A DNA stretch of 57,978 bases, the filler included, from Porpidia crustulata (taxonomy: Eukaryota), in assembly GCA_964255105.1 (NCBI GenBank). It is 3 parts of 3 records of this genome, joined end to end, with 100 filler letters (N's around TTAATTAATTAA, not from the genome) between each part and the next. Parts side by side here need not be neighbours in the genome. Positions count along the whole stretch, not along the records: positions 19,392 to 38,662 come from CAXUWE010000146.1; positions 38,763 to 57,978 come from CAXUWE010000147.1; 1 more part is not named here. One strand, written 5' to 3'. Below are positions 37,108 through 48,912 of the stretch, piece after piece (within the stretch, counting starts at the first letter, position 1; the number at the start of each line of letters is the position of its first letter). Made by a program: the position numbers and the translations under genes. Below the pieces are notes generated by a model. It ran no database searches, was not told where the DNA came from, and saw only the letters and a program-made list of their open reading frames with translations.

Positions 37108-38662
37108 ATGGTGTACGACTGGGAGGGCAAAGAGGCTACATGCTTCCAGATGTATATACAGGAGAACAAGTCCTTGGAGGAGATTATGGAATATTTCAAG
37201 ACCGAACATAATTTTGCTCCGAGGTATGTTGATGCACAATGGTTGTTGACTTTGCGGGAGACTTCGGTGGCCGAACGGGAGCATTCTTTGCTTTGACGCA
37301 TATGGTCGATTCGAACTTCCGTACTGATTGAAACTCGTTGACGACCGCCCTCATGCTGCCCTCCGCGCATCATGCTGGCGGTGACGATGGGTTATTTGGC
37401 TAACCATCGACTCTCCTAGCAAACGCGCGTTCCAGACACAGATCAAGAAATGGAACTTTCCAAGCAAACACCATCCTGCGACTAAGAATGAGGCGCTTGT
37501 GCAACGAGTGCTCGAGCTATGGCAGAAAAATACGTCCCAAAAAGAAATGCTCAAAGTCCTTCAATCAGAAGGCTTGGACATAAAAGATCGTGAGCTCACT
37601 CGAGTGAGACACAACAATCAGTGGAGGCTTCGAACTGCGAACAGTGGAAAAGGGCAAACGACGAAAAACACCGACACACCCATCGCTCGACAGCTCGAGC
37701 AGGCTGCCGGCAGTTTCTCTGCTGATAGCCCAGGAGATCAAGGAGTACTTTTGACAAATCAAAATCCCGCAGTACGAAAGCGATCTCCATCCGTCGACTT
37801 AGCCCCCGAAGTCCAAGCCAAACGTCGGGCGCGCATTGAAAAACTCGAAGCAGAAAGTGCACAACGTTATCAACAGCGCACACGTCGTCGCCGTACCAAG
37901 GAATGGGCAGGCCTACCAGCAGATCCTCCCGGCCCTCCTCGATTCCCTTCAGAAACCACTATCGAGGAGAGTAAGGCGCTGCTAGGGCTCGACAATGATT
38001 CATACAAGCAAATGCGTGACCAGTTCCAACGGATCTGTGAGGATCACGGCGTTGTGAAAAAGACTCAAGCCGGTCAAGAGCAATGGCTACAAATTAAAAA
38101 TCAGCTGATTGCAGAGAATCCACATCTGCAGACAATTTTCTCTGTTCCAGAGAGCACGAATACCAGTCAACAGCACTTGGCATTGGACGTCATTTGCAGC
38201 GATGTCACAAAACGTATCCGTACATTGAAGACTCGTGTGACAATCGCAGAAGCCAAGAACGACATGGGCGTCAATCCTGAAGAAGCTCGCCAGCTCCGTG
38301 CCGCATTCTACAACATCCTAGTCGCAGATCATTTCACGAGCAAGCTCGAAGCCGGCGAAGAGCATTGGAAAGAGCTCAAAGAGCAATGGATCGCCGGTTC
38401 TCCTCTCCTGCAACGTATCCTCGGATCAGGAAACACGGATCCAGACCACACCGCCAAAATCAAGGCGGCCGAGGTCCTCTGTCGCGACGTGATGAAACGA
38501 CTACGAGACGATCAGACCAAAAAAGATCCTTCGCGCCGCGATCGTTCCCATCCCAACGCGCCATCCCAACCCAACCTCGCAACCCCCACAGCCAACACCA
38601 CAAACACCAACCCCAACCCCATCGCCACCCTTGCCTCCCAAGCCCTCGCCACCGCTCGTTCC
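37108..38662 (+). CDS. Clr5-domain protein, 3' end lost in gap
   Basis: MVYDWEGKEATCFQMYIQENKSLEEIMEYFKTEHNFAP|SKRAFQTQIKKWNF matches the Clr5 domain pattern; about 200-nt intron from 37223; two helical repeats (LDVICSDVTKR / AEVLCRDVMKR); open into the N gap. Confidence 0.82.
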
Positions 38663-38762
38663 NNNNNNNNNNNNNNNNNNNNNNNNNNNNNNNNNNNNNN
38701 NNNNNNTTAATTAATTAANNNNNNNNNNNNNNNNNNNNNNNNNNNNNNNNNNNNNNNNNNNN
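38663..38762. other. Assembly gap/linker (N44-TTAATTAATTAA-N44)
   Basis: Same artificial spacer as 19292-19391. Confidence 0.97.
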
Positions 38763-38858
38763 GGGTCCTGTGGCGAAGGGGAGATTGTTGTGGGGATGCG
38801 TGGCTAGTTACGCAGAAGTGTGGAGCGATAGATGGCTGACATGTGTGGGGATATGTAG

Positions 38859-38951
38859 GTGACGTATTTTAAGCAGCGGAGGGTGATGGAGCACAACAAG
38901 AAGCAGACGCTGGAACGATTAAAGGCTGAGGGGGCAAAGCCGACGATCTGA
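38859..38951 (+). CDS. Probable terminal exon of a gene whose 5' part lies in the gap
   Basis: Branch site gctgac and acceptor atgtag (ends 38858), then VTYFKQRRVMEHNKKQTLERLKAEGAKPTI* with G-rich 3'-end codon bias like that at other gene ends in this window. Confidence 0.5.
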   Translation: MTYFKQRRVMEHNKKQTLERLKAEGAKPTI

Positions 38952-39513
38952 GAGACAGTGCCGTCGAAGGTGTAGGGCGAGCTACCGGGATGACCGTTTT
39001 TCGGGGGAAAGGATTGACTGACTTCGCAAATATTGAGCGGATGTGGAACATCTGTGCTGTGGAGAAAGCTCGTCATATGTACATTACGCATTGGGAACGG
39101 AGTCAGGAGAGGGCAATCTTCACGACACGCATCAGAGACGCGAGCCAGGACTCGGGCATCCGAGTCCGTATCGTACATAGTGAACAAACGGAGCTTCTGG
39201 CGAGCAGATCTCCGAGATTTGACTGCATCGTCGGGTAATTAACAATCTAAATGCTACCGCCTCCAGGTGGCTGCTATATAGCTGATGGTCCTCCAAACCA
39301 AGACCTCCTGCTCCCGCTAGATGCAAACCTTCCTTCAACCAAAAGGCCCCGGCTCGTATGGCGTGCCATAGCCTCTTCGCATACCGCATACGTCATGAAT
39401 CAAGCCCTTAGATGCGCCCGATCCCATCCAACTTGACACTCGGTTCAATTCTCGTCCCTCAAATAGTGTGCACATACTTGATCGGTGGACGTTTGCGGGG
39501 GTCGCGCAAGTTG

Positions 39514-40893
39514 TCAGGTCCTGAAGGCTCGATCCAACACCCGTAGAGCCCTCATGTCCTCGCCGAAACTGAGTTTGTCGTTCGGGATGTCCTTTGGTCC
39601 ATCTTCCTTCTTAGTCCCGCCTGGACTTCTACTATTGGATCGATTGCTCACCTCGCTCTGAGCGTCTGCTTTGTCGGCTGACGAGCCATTCATAAGTGAC
39701 CCAATACTTGGGATTGTACTGGCGCCGTTACCTTGAGCTGCGGTCGTACCGTTCGAAGGCTCTTGTCGAGGCGGTAGTGGTGAAGCTGATCGAGACCGAG
39801 TGCTGTTCTGCATTAAGGGCGACGGAGCCATTAGTCGAGGGTCTATCTTCGACATTGGCGGTGTTGATGAAGGGTTCCGCGCTTGGTTCTGATGTTGAGC
39901 CGTGACTATAGCCTGCGCTACACGTGGAGATGGATTTTGGTGATATTGCTGCATGCCGTTGTTGGGATGGGGGTTTCGCTGGTGCTGCGGCGGAGGTGGC
40001 GGGAGATTTTCAGCGGGGCCAGGAGGTATTGGACTTCGGTCATACTGTACATAAGCCGGGTGCTGTGGCATTGGCTGGTGTGCTGATTGTGAGTAAGAAA
40101 GAGGTGAGTGGCCGTTGCTTGGTGGTGCACCGCTAGAGGTATATGGCTGGTAATTACTATATGCATGGTGCGGCGCTTGCATTGGAGGTTGGGAAGGCCA
40201 TCCATAGCCAGGCTGAACGTAAACGGGGTGTTGAGGAGCCCCTGAACGAGCATACCCTGCCATATGGGGCACAGTTGAATACGGGGCACTTACCATTGGC
40301 GCTCGTGTCACCGCCGGGATGTTCTGCTGCTCGTGGACAGTCGATTCCGGATACATGCCCTTGGCCGGGCGAATGTGACGTAGATTGGGGTCGCTCGTAG
40401 GATTGTTCAGCCCTTGTGCCGTGGGGTGGGACCGAGCGTAATAGCTGATTAAGTGTAAGTGGTTTCCTTGTGATGTCGTGATGCTGAACGACTGCTTCAT
40501 GAGCCCATCGGGCTTGTATCGGTAACCGTCTGGTCCATCTTCACCCGCCATTTCCAGGTCGGAATCGCTGCCACGGGTGCTGTCCGGCGTTTTCCCTTGC
40601 CCTCGAGATGCAGCGAGTGGTGGGGCAAAGCCGTTGCCCCCACGTTTGCCCTCCATCTCTCGGTATGTGAGAAAGCTCCCAGAGACCCGGCTGGCACTCC
40701 ATGATTTGCCGTCGGTCCATCTTCTCATACCTGCCTCTCTCTCATCCCACACGAATACCGAGCCGGATTTGATCGACTGACGTTCCTTCTCTGAAAGTCG
40801 GCGCTGAACGCGGGGTAAAAGACCTAACCGACAGGCTTCGAACAGAATTATGGCATCCGCCGGAGTCCTTACATGACCGTTGTAAGTCTCCAT
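39514..40893 (-). CDS. pac2: Gti1/Pac2 (WOPR) family transcription regulator, Pac2 clade
   Basis: METYNGHVRTPADAIILFEACRLGLLPRVQRRLSEKERQSIKSGSVFVWDEREAGMRRWTDGKSWSASRVSGSFLTYRE and YKPDGLMKQSFS..HLISYY (WOPRa/b); ends EDMRALRVLDRAF. Confidence 0.92.
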   Translation of the reverse strand: METYNGHVRTPADAIILFEACRLGLLPRVQRRLSEKERQSIKSGSVFVWDEREAGMRRWTDGKSWSASRVSGSFLTYREMEGKRGGNGFAPPLAASRGQGKTPDSTRGSDSDLEMAGEDGPDGYRYKPDGLMKQSFSITTSQGNHLHLISYYARSHPTAQGLNNPTSDPNLRHIRPAKGMYPESTVHEQQNIPAVTRAPMVSAPYSTVPHMAGYARSGAPQHPVYVQPGYGWPSQPPMQAPHHAYSNYQPYTSSGAPPSNGHSPLSYSQSAHQPMPQHPAYVQYDRSPIPPGPAENLPPPPPQHQRNPHPNNGMQQYHQNPSPRVAQAIVTAQHQNQARNPSSTPPMSKIDPRLMAPSPLMQNSTRSRSASPLPPRQEPSNGTTAAQGNGASTIPSIGSLMNGSSADKADAQSEVSNRSNSRSPGGTKKEDGPKDIPNDKLSFGEDMRALRVLDRAFRT

Positions 40894-43800
40894 TTTCAGA
40901 CGTCACTGGGAAATCTGGATCGCGGCCTTGGAGATGATACCAAAGTCCCAATCGACTTCAGCAGAAATTCACAGGCGGCCGACCATGTAACTGTGTCGCA
41001 GCCCCTGCGAGTGGCTGACAGAGTGTGGTGGATTCTATCTCTGAGATTCTTGTCAGCTCTGTTTCTCGTACATTCTCATTCGAGCATGATGGAGATGGGC
41101 GTGAAAGTTTTACAGTCGCACAATGCAATACGAGCCCGCAGCATGGATGTGCTGCGGATTTGGTGCATCAAAGCATCAGAGCAGCCTTGCTTTCGGATTA
41201 TTCGACGATACAGCGGTCATGCAAGACCCAGAAGGGGATCTGGTATCAAACGAGAGCGTACAAGGCGCCTAATTGACGAACGGACTTACAGGCATATGAC
41301 CTCTGCACTTACCATTCAGGATCCAACGTTGTAGATGAGCTCTTGCCAGCCTTGTAACCTGGTGTCGAGTGCGTCGGATGGTGTTGATCTTGACCACAGT
41401 GAGCCTGGGCTATGGTAAGGTGCAGATGGTTGCAGCGGAGTTGCCGGATCGATGTCAGCCGCTTGCTGGACGCTATGGCAGCGCTGAGTGCAGGTAATAT
41501 TCGAACGATCTTGGGTGCGTTCCAGTGACAGCCAGTCGATTGTCGCAGGAGAAGACGGTGAGCGGTTTAGGATGGGACGATGAGACGGGCACCAGATATT
41601 CACAGGAATTATTAAGGCTCATGGAAGGCAGAGGGTGGCATTTAGAGGAGAAGTGGAGCAGAAGGATGATCATTCAGATGGGGTGGTCGCTTGCCTTGAC
41701 TGGGGAGGGGGAACTAATGGCTTCAGGCCACACAGTTGGAGGATTAAGTTTGTGTGCGGCACACTCGACTCTTACGCAAAATGTCCTTTGGCCCTGCACG
41801 ATCTAATTGACAGATTGGAGACTGTAGATTAAGCTATCCTGCCATGGTGCCATGCAACGGGGCTTGTGAGACATCCGATGTGGCACGGGAAGTGAGAATA
41901 GTTCAAGCTTTGAAGTAAGGTGTAGTATAGTGTTCTGCGGTACTTTAAATTGATGTCATCTCAACCGAGAACCTTCGCACCCTTCTCGTCCACGGTTAAT
42001 ATTGATCAATATCATTTACATACAGATCTTCCTATTACGGTATTCCAATAATGATCGTTTTAATTTCTCGTTCATGAATAATCTCTTGGTCTGCCGTGTC
42101 GAGTAATACGAGCACTTTCCCTGCCTCGACCGCTGTATGTAATTATGTCACAGTCACTCCAAAAAGGCCTACGGAGGGCTAGTCATGCGAGTTTAACCTT
42201 TTCCTCTGAATTTTGATCGCTTGGCACATGCAAAATAAGCGTATATACGCCACATGAACTCTAAAGCCGTTGCTCTAGTAAGCTCTGGACTGGGCCACGG
42301 ATAGCCCACTAAGGCTCGTTGATCCAATCAGATCGATCCTCGTCTTTGTGACTTCAATCATCTCAAATCAGCAAACATCACGAGCGGTATCCTGGGACGC
42401 CTGAGTCAGCCTTTTATCCGGCTGAAACCGTGGTTATTGAGCCAACAAAACCGTTGTACAGATAACTATAATATTAAGAATATCTGTCCATTCCAAATGC
42501 GTCCTTTGCGAATGCGACGCACTGCTAATACCTCCTCCGACCGCCTTCAATATTAATCGATGGTAAAGATTTTCCGGATTGCAGTCGATTCCAAGCAGCG
42601 GTCGTTCAGCCCCCGTCAGCTGGTGTGATCGATTCCTTCATTTTATTTCCGATCTGATACATCACTCCCTTGACCAACGCTCCTGCGTGTGCCGCATTGA
42701 GGAGCAATCCCTCGAAACGGGATGTGCCAGGACTGTCAAGGACAGCCGCTTTACTAATCCTACGAGGATCATTGGTAGCCTATTCGGCTAGTAGCTGATC
42801 AAAGGTGAGATGAATCTTGGACCCCACGTAAGATCACAACCCTAGCTTCTCGTTAATTGGTGGCTGCATCGTACCGAGTGAATTCTTTCTCCCGGGACTC
42901 GTTTGTTGCCGTCTAGAAAGGCTAGATTCAGTGGCACTACTTTGGGATTCGTATATCTTCAATGATCCATACTATATGATGGGGAACTCCTTAAGACGTG
43001 CCCTTGCGAAGCAAACATGCATTAAATGATCTCAAAGAAGTAGAGGATCACCAGACAGAGTTTTCAAGTGGAAATCAATAAACGCCTCGGATCATGGCTG
43101 TCAAACCTTATAAGCACTTGCCACTTCGGAATAGAGTAAGCCAAGCTTTGTCGCTAGGGTATGCATAAATCATTGACCCGGAGTCGGGCGAGGGGAAAAG
43201 GCCAAAGCACCAGGCAACATCAGCAACCAACACCAGCACCAGCACCAACACCATCATTCGGAATCGTAGCGTACCTCAGGATGCTATGATAGTCCCTCGG
43301 AGCCCTCGAAGCTGGATCAAAAATACCTTGGTTTGTCCTGCGCGATAACCGGTTGTATTATTGATAGAGTAGTGGTGCTAGCAACGAGCCTCGATGGACA
43401 CCCACTCTAGAGACCTCATCCCGAATGATGCTCAATAAACTGCTATGTGTGGGCAAAGTGCGGCTATTCCTTGGATTTCGTATACAACCGAATGGTAAAA
43501 CGAAATGTTCCAGTCCCGTGAAACAGCAGGCAGGCCGAGTTACAAGGCGTAGGACGAGTACACTATGATTTCATTTTCTCAATATGCCGCAAATAATCAT
43601 TTATATCCAAAGTGCCCTACTCTCTGCTCGACACGCTACCTCTTTGGTGCCTAATCCAGTGCTGTATTCGGTGCTACGTGCACTGCCCTCTCCAGTGCTT
43701 CAACTACAGCTTTCTTCAATGCTTCATCCTGTAGTGCCCGTGATCTGCTCGATGTAATTAATATGGTTACTTACCAGTACGTTTCACATCTGTCTGTCTA

Positions 43801-44554
43801 TTACTCGCTATACGCCTGAGGAAACTCAAGCCAATCAAAGAACAGGGTTGATTAGGTAAGAAAAGCGTTTCATAATCGACTGATGAGCGAAACATTGATA
43901 TATGGACAAAGCGTGGAGCAGGCAATCGATTTGACGGAGGGGATCGATTAAGAGTAATACAACCAACTTGCGTCCGTGATGTCAAGGAATTAGTTTAATT
44001 TCACGGTACGTGTTAGGATTGATCGATTAAAGAGACCAGAAAGCCGCTTCTTCGCATCCTTCTATAGCGTCATAGAATCAAGGAGTTTGCTTCTTAATGT
44101 TCTCAAACGCATGAAATTCCAGCGTGAATATGTCGAGCAAAATTGCCATTTTGCCGATCTGCAACGTCAGCAGAGATGCACTATCGTGACTATCTAAAGA
44201 GACATGAAAGGAACGACCAGAAGCCTTCGAAATTATACGCATCCGTATGTAATAGTATTTGTCATATGGTATGTGAGGAGGGGAAATGTGGTGTTGATTT
44301 TGGCTAAGTCTCATAGTGGTTTACTCAGTGAGACTCGGAGAAAGCTGTTTTTTGATTTTTACTAAATCCTTGCCCTTGCTACATTATGACTGTGGCACTT
44401 GTCCAAAATCAGGAGAATAATTGCCCTGTGTCAAACTTTTGACCCATACTTCGACCTGGCCGATATGCACGTTGGAGAATTTATTGCATCAATGCTTGCT
44501 GGTGCTGAGTCGCATGTGGTCCATGAGTCTGCGCCCTGGATATCCGGCGACCGA

Positions 44555-46310
44555 CTAGCAGTCGCACCGTCCGTAGTATCGAGGCCAAGGAACAACGTCT
44601 TTAATGTTACTTATGCCAACAAGATAGCCCAATAACCGATCGAACCCGAGTCCGAATCCGCCATGAGGAACACTGCCGAATCGACGAAGCTCGGCATACC
44701 AATCAAGACTACCGACGCTTGCTGAAGGCGAGTTGTTTGCCTTCTCGTTTTCCTGAACCACTTGGCCTCTGGTGGGTGGCACAAGTCCATGTTCGTGCAT
44801 CGCTTGTATCAACTGATGGAGGCGATGCTCACGCAGGGACCCGCCAACTATTTCACCAACCTCGGGGAATAACAGATCGAAGCATTCCGCAGTATCTCGC
44901 ATATCGATGACAGAACTTTCGTTGCTGCGCATCTTGGAAGACAGCATGTAGAAAGGCTTGATTCTTTGTGGGTAGTGTGTTACAAAGACAGGGCTTCCAT
45001 GTCCGATTTCTGCAGCGATGAATTTCTCGTGTTCCAATTTCAGACCCGTGCTCCAGGAAGGTTTGTGTTGGAATTTCATCTGATGTGATGAAGCAGCTTC
45101 CTGGAGTCGGTACATTACTTCTTTGTAAGTTATTCGTGGCCACGGATTCTTGATCAGCCCATCCCAACGCCTATGAATCAAGCTAAGATTCGGAGCAGGT
45201 TTCTCGTCTTCCTCAACTTCCCCTTGGCTTTCGAGAAATAAAATTTGATCAAGTATTGTGGAGTTGGACAAGGTGGTGACTAGAGACCGGATCATGACTT
45301 CAACAGTATCTAAAATGTCGTGCAAGTCCTCGGTCTGCATTTCTGCCTCGAGCATCCAGAATTCACTCAGATGGCGGGGAGTATCACTTCTTTCCGCTCG
45401 AAAAGTTGGGGAAAGAGTCCAGACCTTGTGATGCTCATGTACGAAAGCTTCAAGATGAAGCTGCGAAGAAACAGTCAAAAACTTTGGGTCTCGGAAAAAT
45501 TGTTCCTTGTCATGTTTTCTCAATTGTGGTGACTTCGGAGAAGTCGATATGGTGAAGACATCTCCAGCCCCCTCGCAGTCAGATGATGTGATGATTGGTG
45601 GTTGTAAGCGGATGTATTCTTTGCCATGAAAAAACTGAGACAGTATCAGGTCACATTCAGACCGGAGTCGCGCGACCAATGCATTCAACGGTGTCCGTAG
45701 CCTTAGATGTGGGATAGTTCGGAGATATTCGGCGCTATGATACTTCTTTTGAATCGGGTATTTCTGTTGAACCCGATATTTTTAGCTTTTTAGATCCCTC
45801 GGAGTGGAGCCTCGCACGGTGTACTCAAGGCGATCGAGGTGGAGACTGACTTCTGCGTCCGCTGAACCAACGATACGAACGTGCTTCGCCTTTAGCTCAT
45901 ACTTCTGCTCTTTCCCTTGTGGACACGGCTGCCATGTACCGTCTATGACCACCGAGGCACCTGTACCAAGACTGGAAGTTTAAGTTAGCCATAGAAAAAG
46001 CCCGAGGTCAGTGGCGCAGATTATACCCTTCCGCTTGCGAAGGCTCAAGTATGGCCTGCAATGTATGCACTGTAGACCCATCGCCAATCTCAATGAATGC
46101 CCGTTGCTTATGCTTCCGGACAGTTCGCACAGAACCAGATACGGTGACATGAGCATGAGGTTCATCATCGTTTGGTAAAGACAGAGCCAATACACGAGCT
46201 ACGTTCAAATTCGAAGCTCTCAGCTCCGAAGACGAGTATCGCAGCCACTTACGACTTGAAGTCACGAATGGCGATGGCTGGATTGGTAGACGGATGGGTC
46301 GCCATAACAT
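44555..46310 (-). CDS. SLM5: Asparaginyl-tRNA synthetase, mitochondrial (Slm5-like)
   Basis: Presequence MLWRPIRLP; OB-fold GSVRTVRKHK..FIEIGDGS; two introns; ITSSDCEGAG, LTVSSQLHLE, FRAERSDTPRHLSEFWMLE, PHGGFGLGFDRL. Confidence 0.9.
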
Positions 46311-47944
46311 GACTGTCCAGGCAGGTTGCAGTGTACTTTGGACGACCACCTTGTTTCACCGAGAAATGTTGGTCAACACCGTAAAGACTTGACTTAAGGT
46401 CATTTTAAGCTAAACTCATTGTAGAGTAGGACTTGAGAATGTCGCTTATTTATGGCATAAGACACGTTAGGAACGTACCCTCGGTATACTCCGCATTACG
46501 AGTACTCCACCAATCTCCAAATCTAATGACCAACTTGGGCATATGGATGGTCCGAGGAGATATCGCAGTGACTACGATTGTAGTGTCAGAATAAGTAGAG
46601 TGCTAGATCCAGAATCCTTTCGGCCGTGGTCAGGCACTCATTACGCATTTGAGAGAGCTCGTGTTACCATCAAACAATGGGCCAATGGTGGGAGTGGCCT
46701 CGTCCATGGCGCACATATGGAAGCCATCTATGACCTGCGGGACAAGACATAGGCTATTGTGCCAAGGGCAGATTACGGTAGGGCAAAGCTGCTGGAAGTG
46801 TCTCTCCTCAACCCTCCTCAAGCCGGAACAGGTACACTAACTTCTCGTACAAGACAGCGGGCTTCTGATTACCAATTTACCAGGACACAAGACTTACACT
46901 ATCTGTTACTACCCAGTGCATTGTTGTGGGGCTCGGGAATTGTGCTTGAGACAAAAATAATATTTACTGCACCTTAACCAAAAAAAAAAAGGCCATCGTA
47001 GCCTAGTGTTACAAGTCTTTCTTATCCTATATCTCTTTCTTTAGGTATTGTATAGGCGACTATCCTTCTGCTTGACTTTTGGCCTTATCGGAGCCTGGTT
47101 CTAGAAGTACCTCGAATACGTCCCAGCATCTGTCTGTGTGACCCAGTAATCCGCTTGTAACCCGGTACTCGGGATGGCGATCGGTTGCACGCACTCCACA
47201 TATCAGCCCGTGCAACAATGAAAGTTGAACAATGTTGAATAGGCCGGCGCGATGTGGTAAGAAGTCGCAACCGACAACCTCATATGCACGTATATAGGTA
47301 TGCAAATCAGTAAGGTTCACATAAGTACCCAAACACCAAGTAAGGTAAGTAGGTAACCTGACGGCCGAATTGCGCTTAGACAATTAGCGCATAAAGTAGT
47401 GGTGCACGATCTGAGACGTATGACAGCGCGATCTGGGAGAATAATGTGAGATCATGCAACTAAGTTCTCCCAGATCTCACTAGATCTCCCTTCCTCTAGC
47501 CCAGAGATGTCCCAGGATCAGCATACAAGGCCTGCCCCGTGATTCGACAATCCTCACAATCGTGGCTTGGTCTACATCTGGAGATCTAGGCGCGAAGTCG
47601 CCCCTCTGCTCTCCCTAGTGTACGAGTGCTGGCGGAAGGGAGCTCCTGACACCATGTCTGATGAGCCGAATAAAGCCATCAAGTGTCGACATTGGATAGG
47701 CCAGCTTGTTGGACCAGAGATCAGATTAAATGCCTGACTACGCTCATTTCTTTCGCCGGCATGTTGCTTGGACTCCTTCAACATATAAGACCGAGCTTCA
47801 ACAAAATAGTAAATGCTCGCTGAACTCCCCTTCCCCAGCTGGCCTACCGTCTTATCTCCTACACATTCTTTGCCTATCGGCACGAATTCCCATCAAATGT
47901 TATAAACTGCACACTCACGCTCAAATTCACCGTCCATTATCACT

Positions 47945-48912
47945 ATGCCTCAAGCCAAGCTGAAGCCGTCCGATGTTGCGGCAGAAGCCAAGAGAACATA
48001 CATACCATACATCGAACACAAACTCCCTCAATTTCCCCCCCAGTCCTGTTTATATCCCGACTCATCAAAACTTCGCGCGAACCGTGGCTGTCCTAATAGA
48101 GAGAAGAGAAAGCTCCGTATTGCTGTCATTGACGGTGACCCAGTCGATGTGGCATTGGACTGGCATGATTATAATGTGAAGAATAATGTAAAAGATTATG
48201 CGGCGGGAGGTGGCAGTTCAGAGCGAATTCCAGTCGTTAACATGGCCAATGAGAAGCGTGCTGGTGGGGATTGGGAATCTGGCCTTGTTGCGCCGGAAGA
48301 ATGTCTCTGTCGCCGGTCGAACCTCGTACACGCTCTCACAACCCCATCGAAACCCGCCGCGCAGAATTCCCATTATCCCCTTCCGACGACTGGCGGAATT
48401 TATTCGCCTCACGTTGGTGCGTTGCACATTTCTAGTCCACGATCTCTTGAAAACTGTATCGTCTAACTGCATAAGTAGTGGTTTTTCGCTCTACAGGTGA
48501 TAAGGGGTATTCTCTTTGGAAAGATTTCAAGTCCTTGCCGGTCATTTCTGTAACACCAGTCCGACGCCCAAAACTTGATGAACCAGGGGAGAATTATTCG
48601 TTCGAACAGGAGAAAGAGCTAATGAAAGAGAAAATGCGAACGGTACTTCGGATTGCAGCAGTATGGCACCATACAAACTTATGCATGGGTGCTTTTGGGG
48701 TCGGGCCTAGCTTTCGGAATCCCGTGAGACAGGTGGCTTGCATGTGGAAAGATATCCTCTTCTCTGAGCCGGAATTTCAGGGCGTTTTTGACAACATTGT
48801 TTTTGCGGTGGAGATCACGGCAGCAGGCGCTTCCAACGGCGGACCAACCGATCACGATATCTTCAAGGAGATTTTTGATCCCTCAAACATCGTTCGGACT
48901 ACGTTCAGATGA
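47945..48912 (+). CDS. DUF2263/TIGR02452 microbial-type poly(ADP-ribose) glycohydrolase-like macrodomain protein
   Basis: Intron about 48417-48477; VNMANEKRAGGDWESGLVAPEECLCRRSNL, GIYSPHV|VVFRS, KMRTVLRIA, MGAFGVG..FRNP, IVFAV. Confidence 0.82.

Noticed and set aside
43205..43256. CACCAG/CACCAA low-complexity run
   Set aside because: Short degenerate microsatellite with no ORF context.
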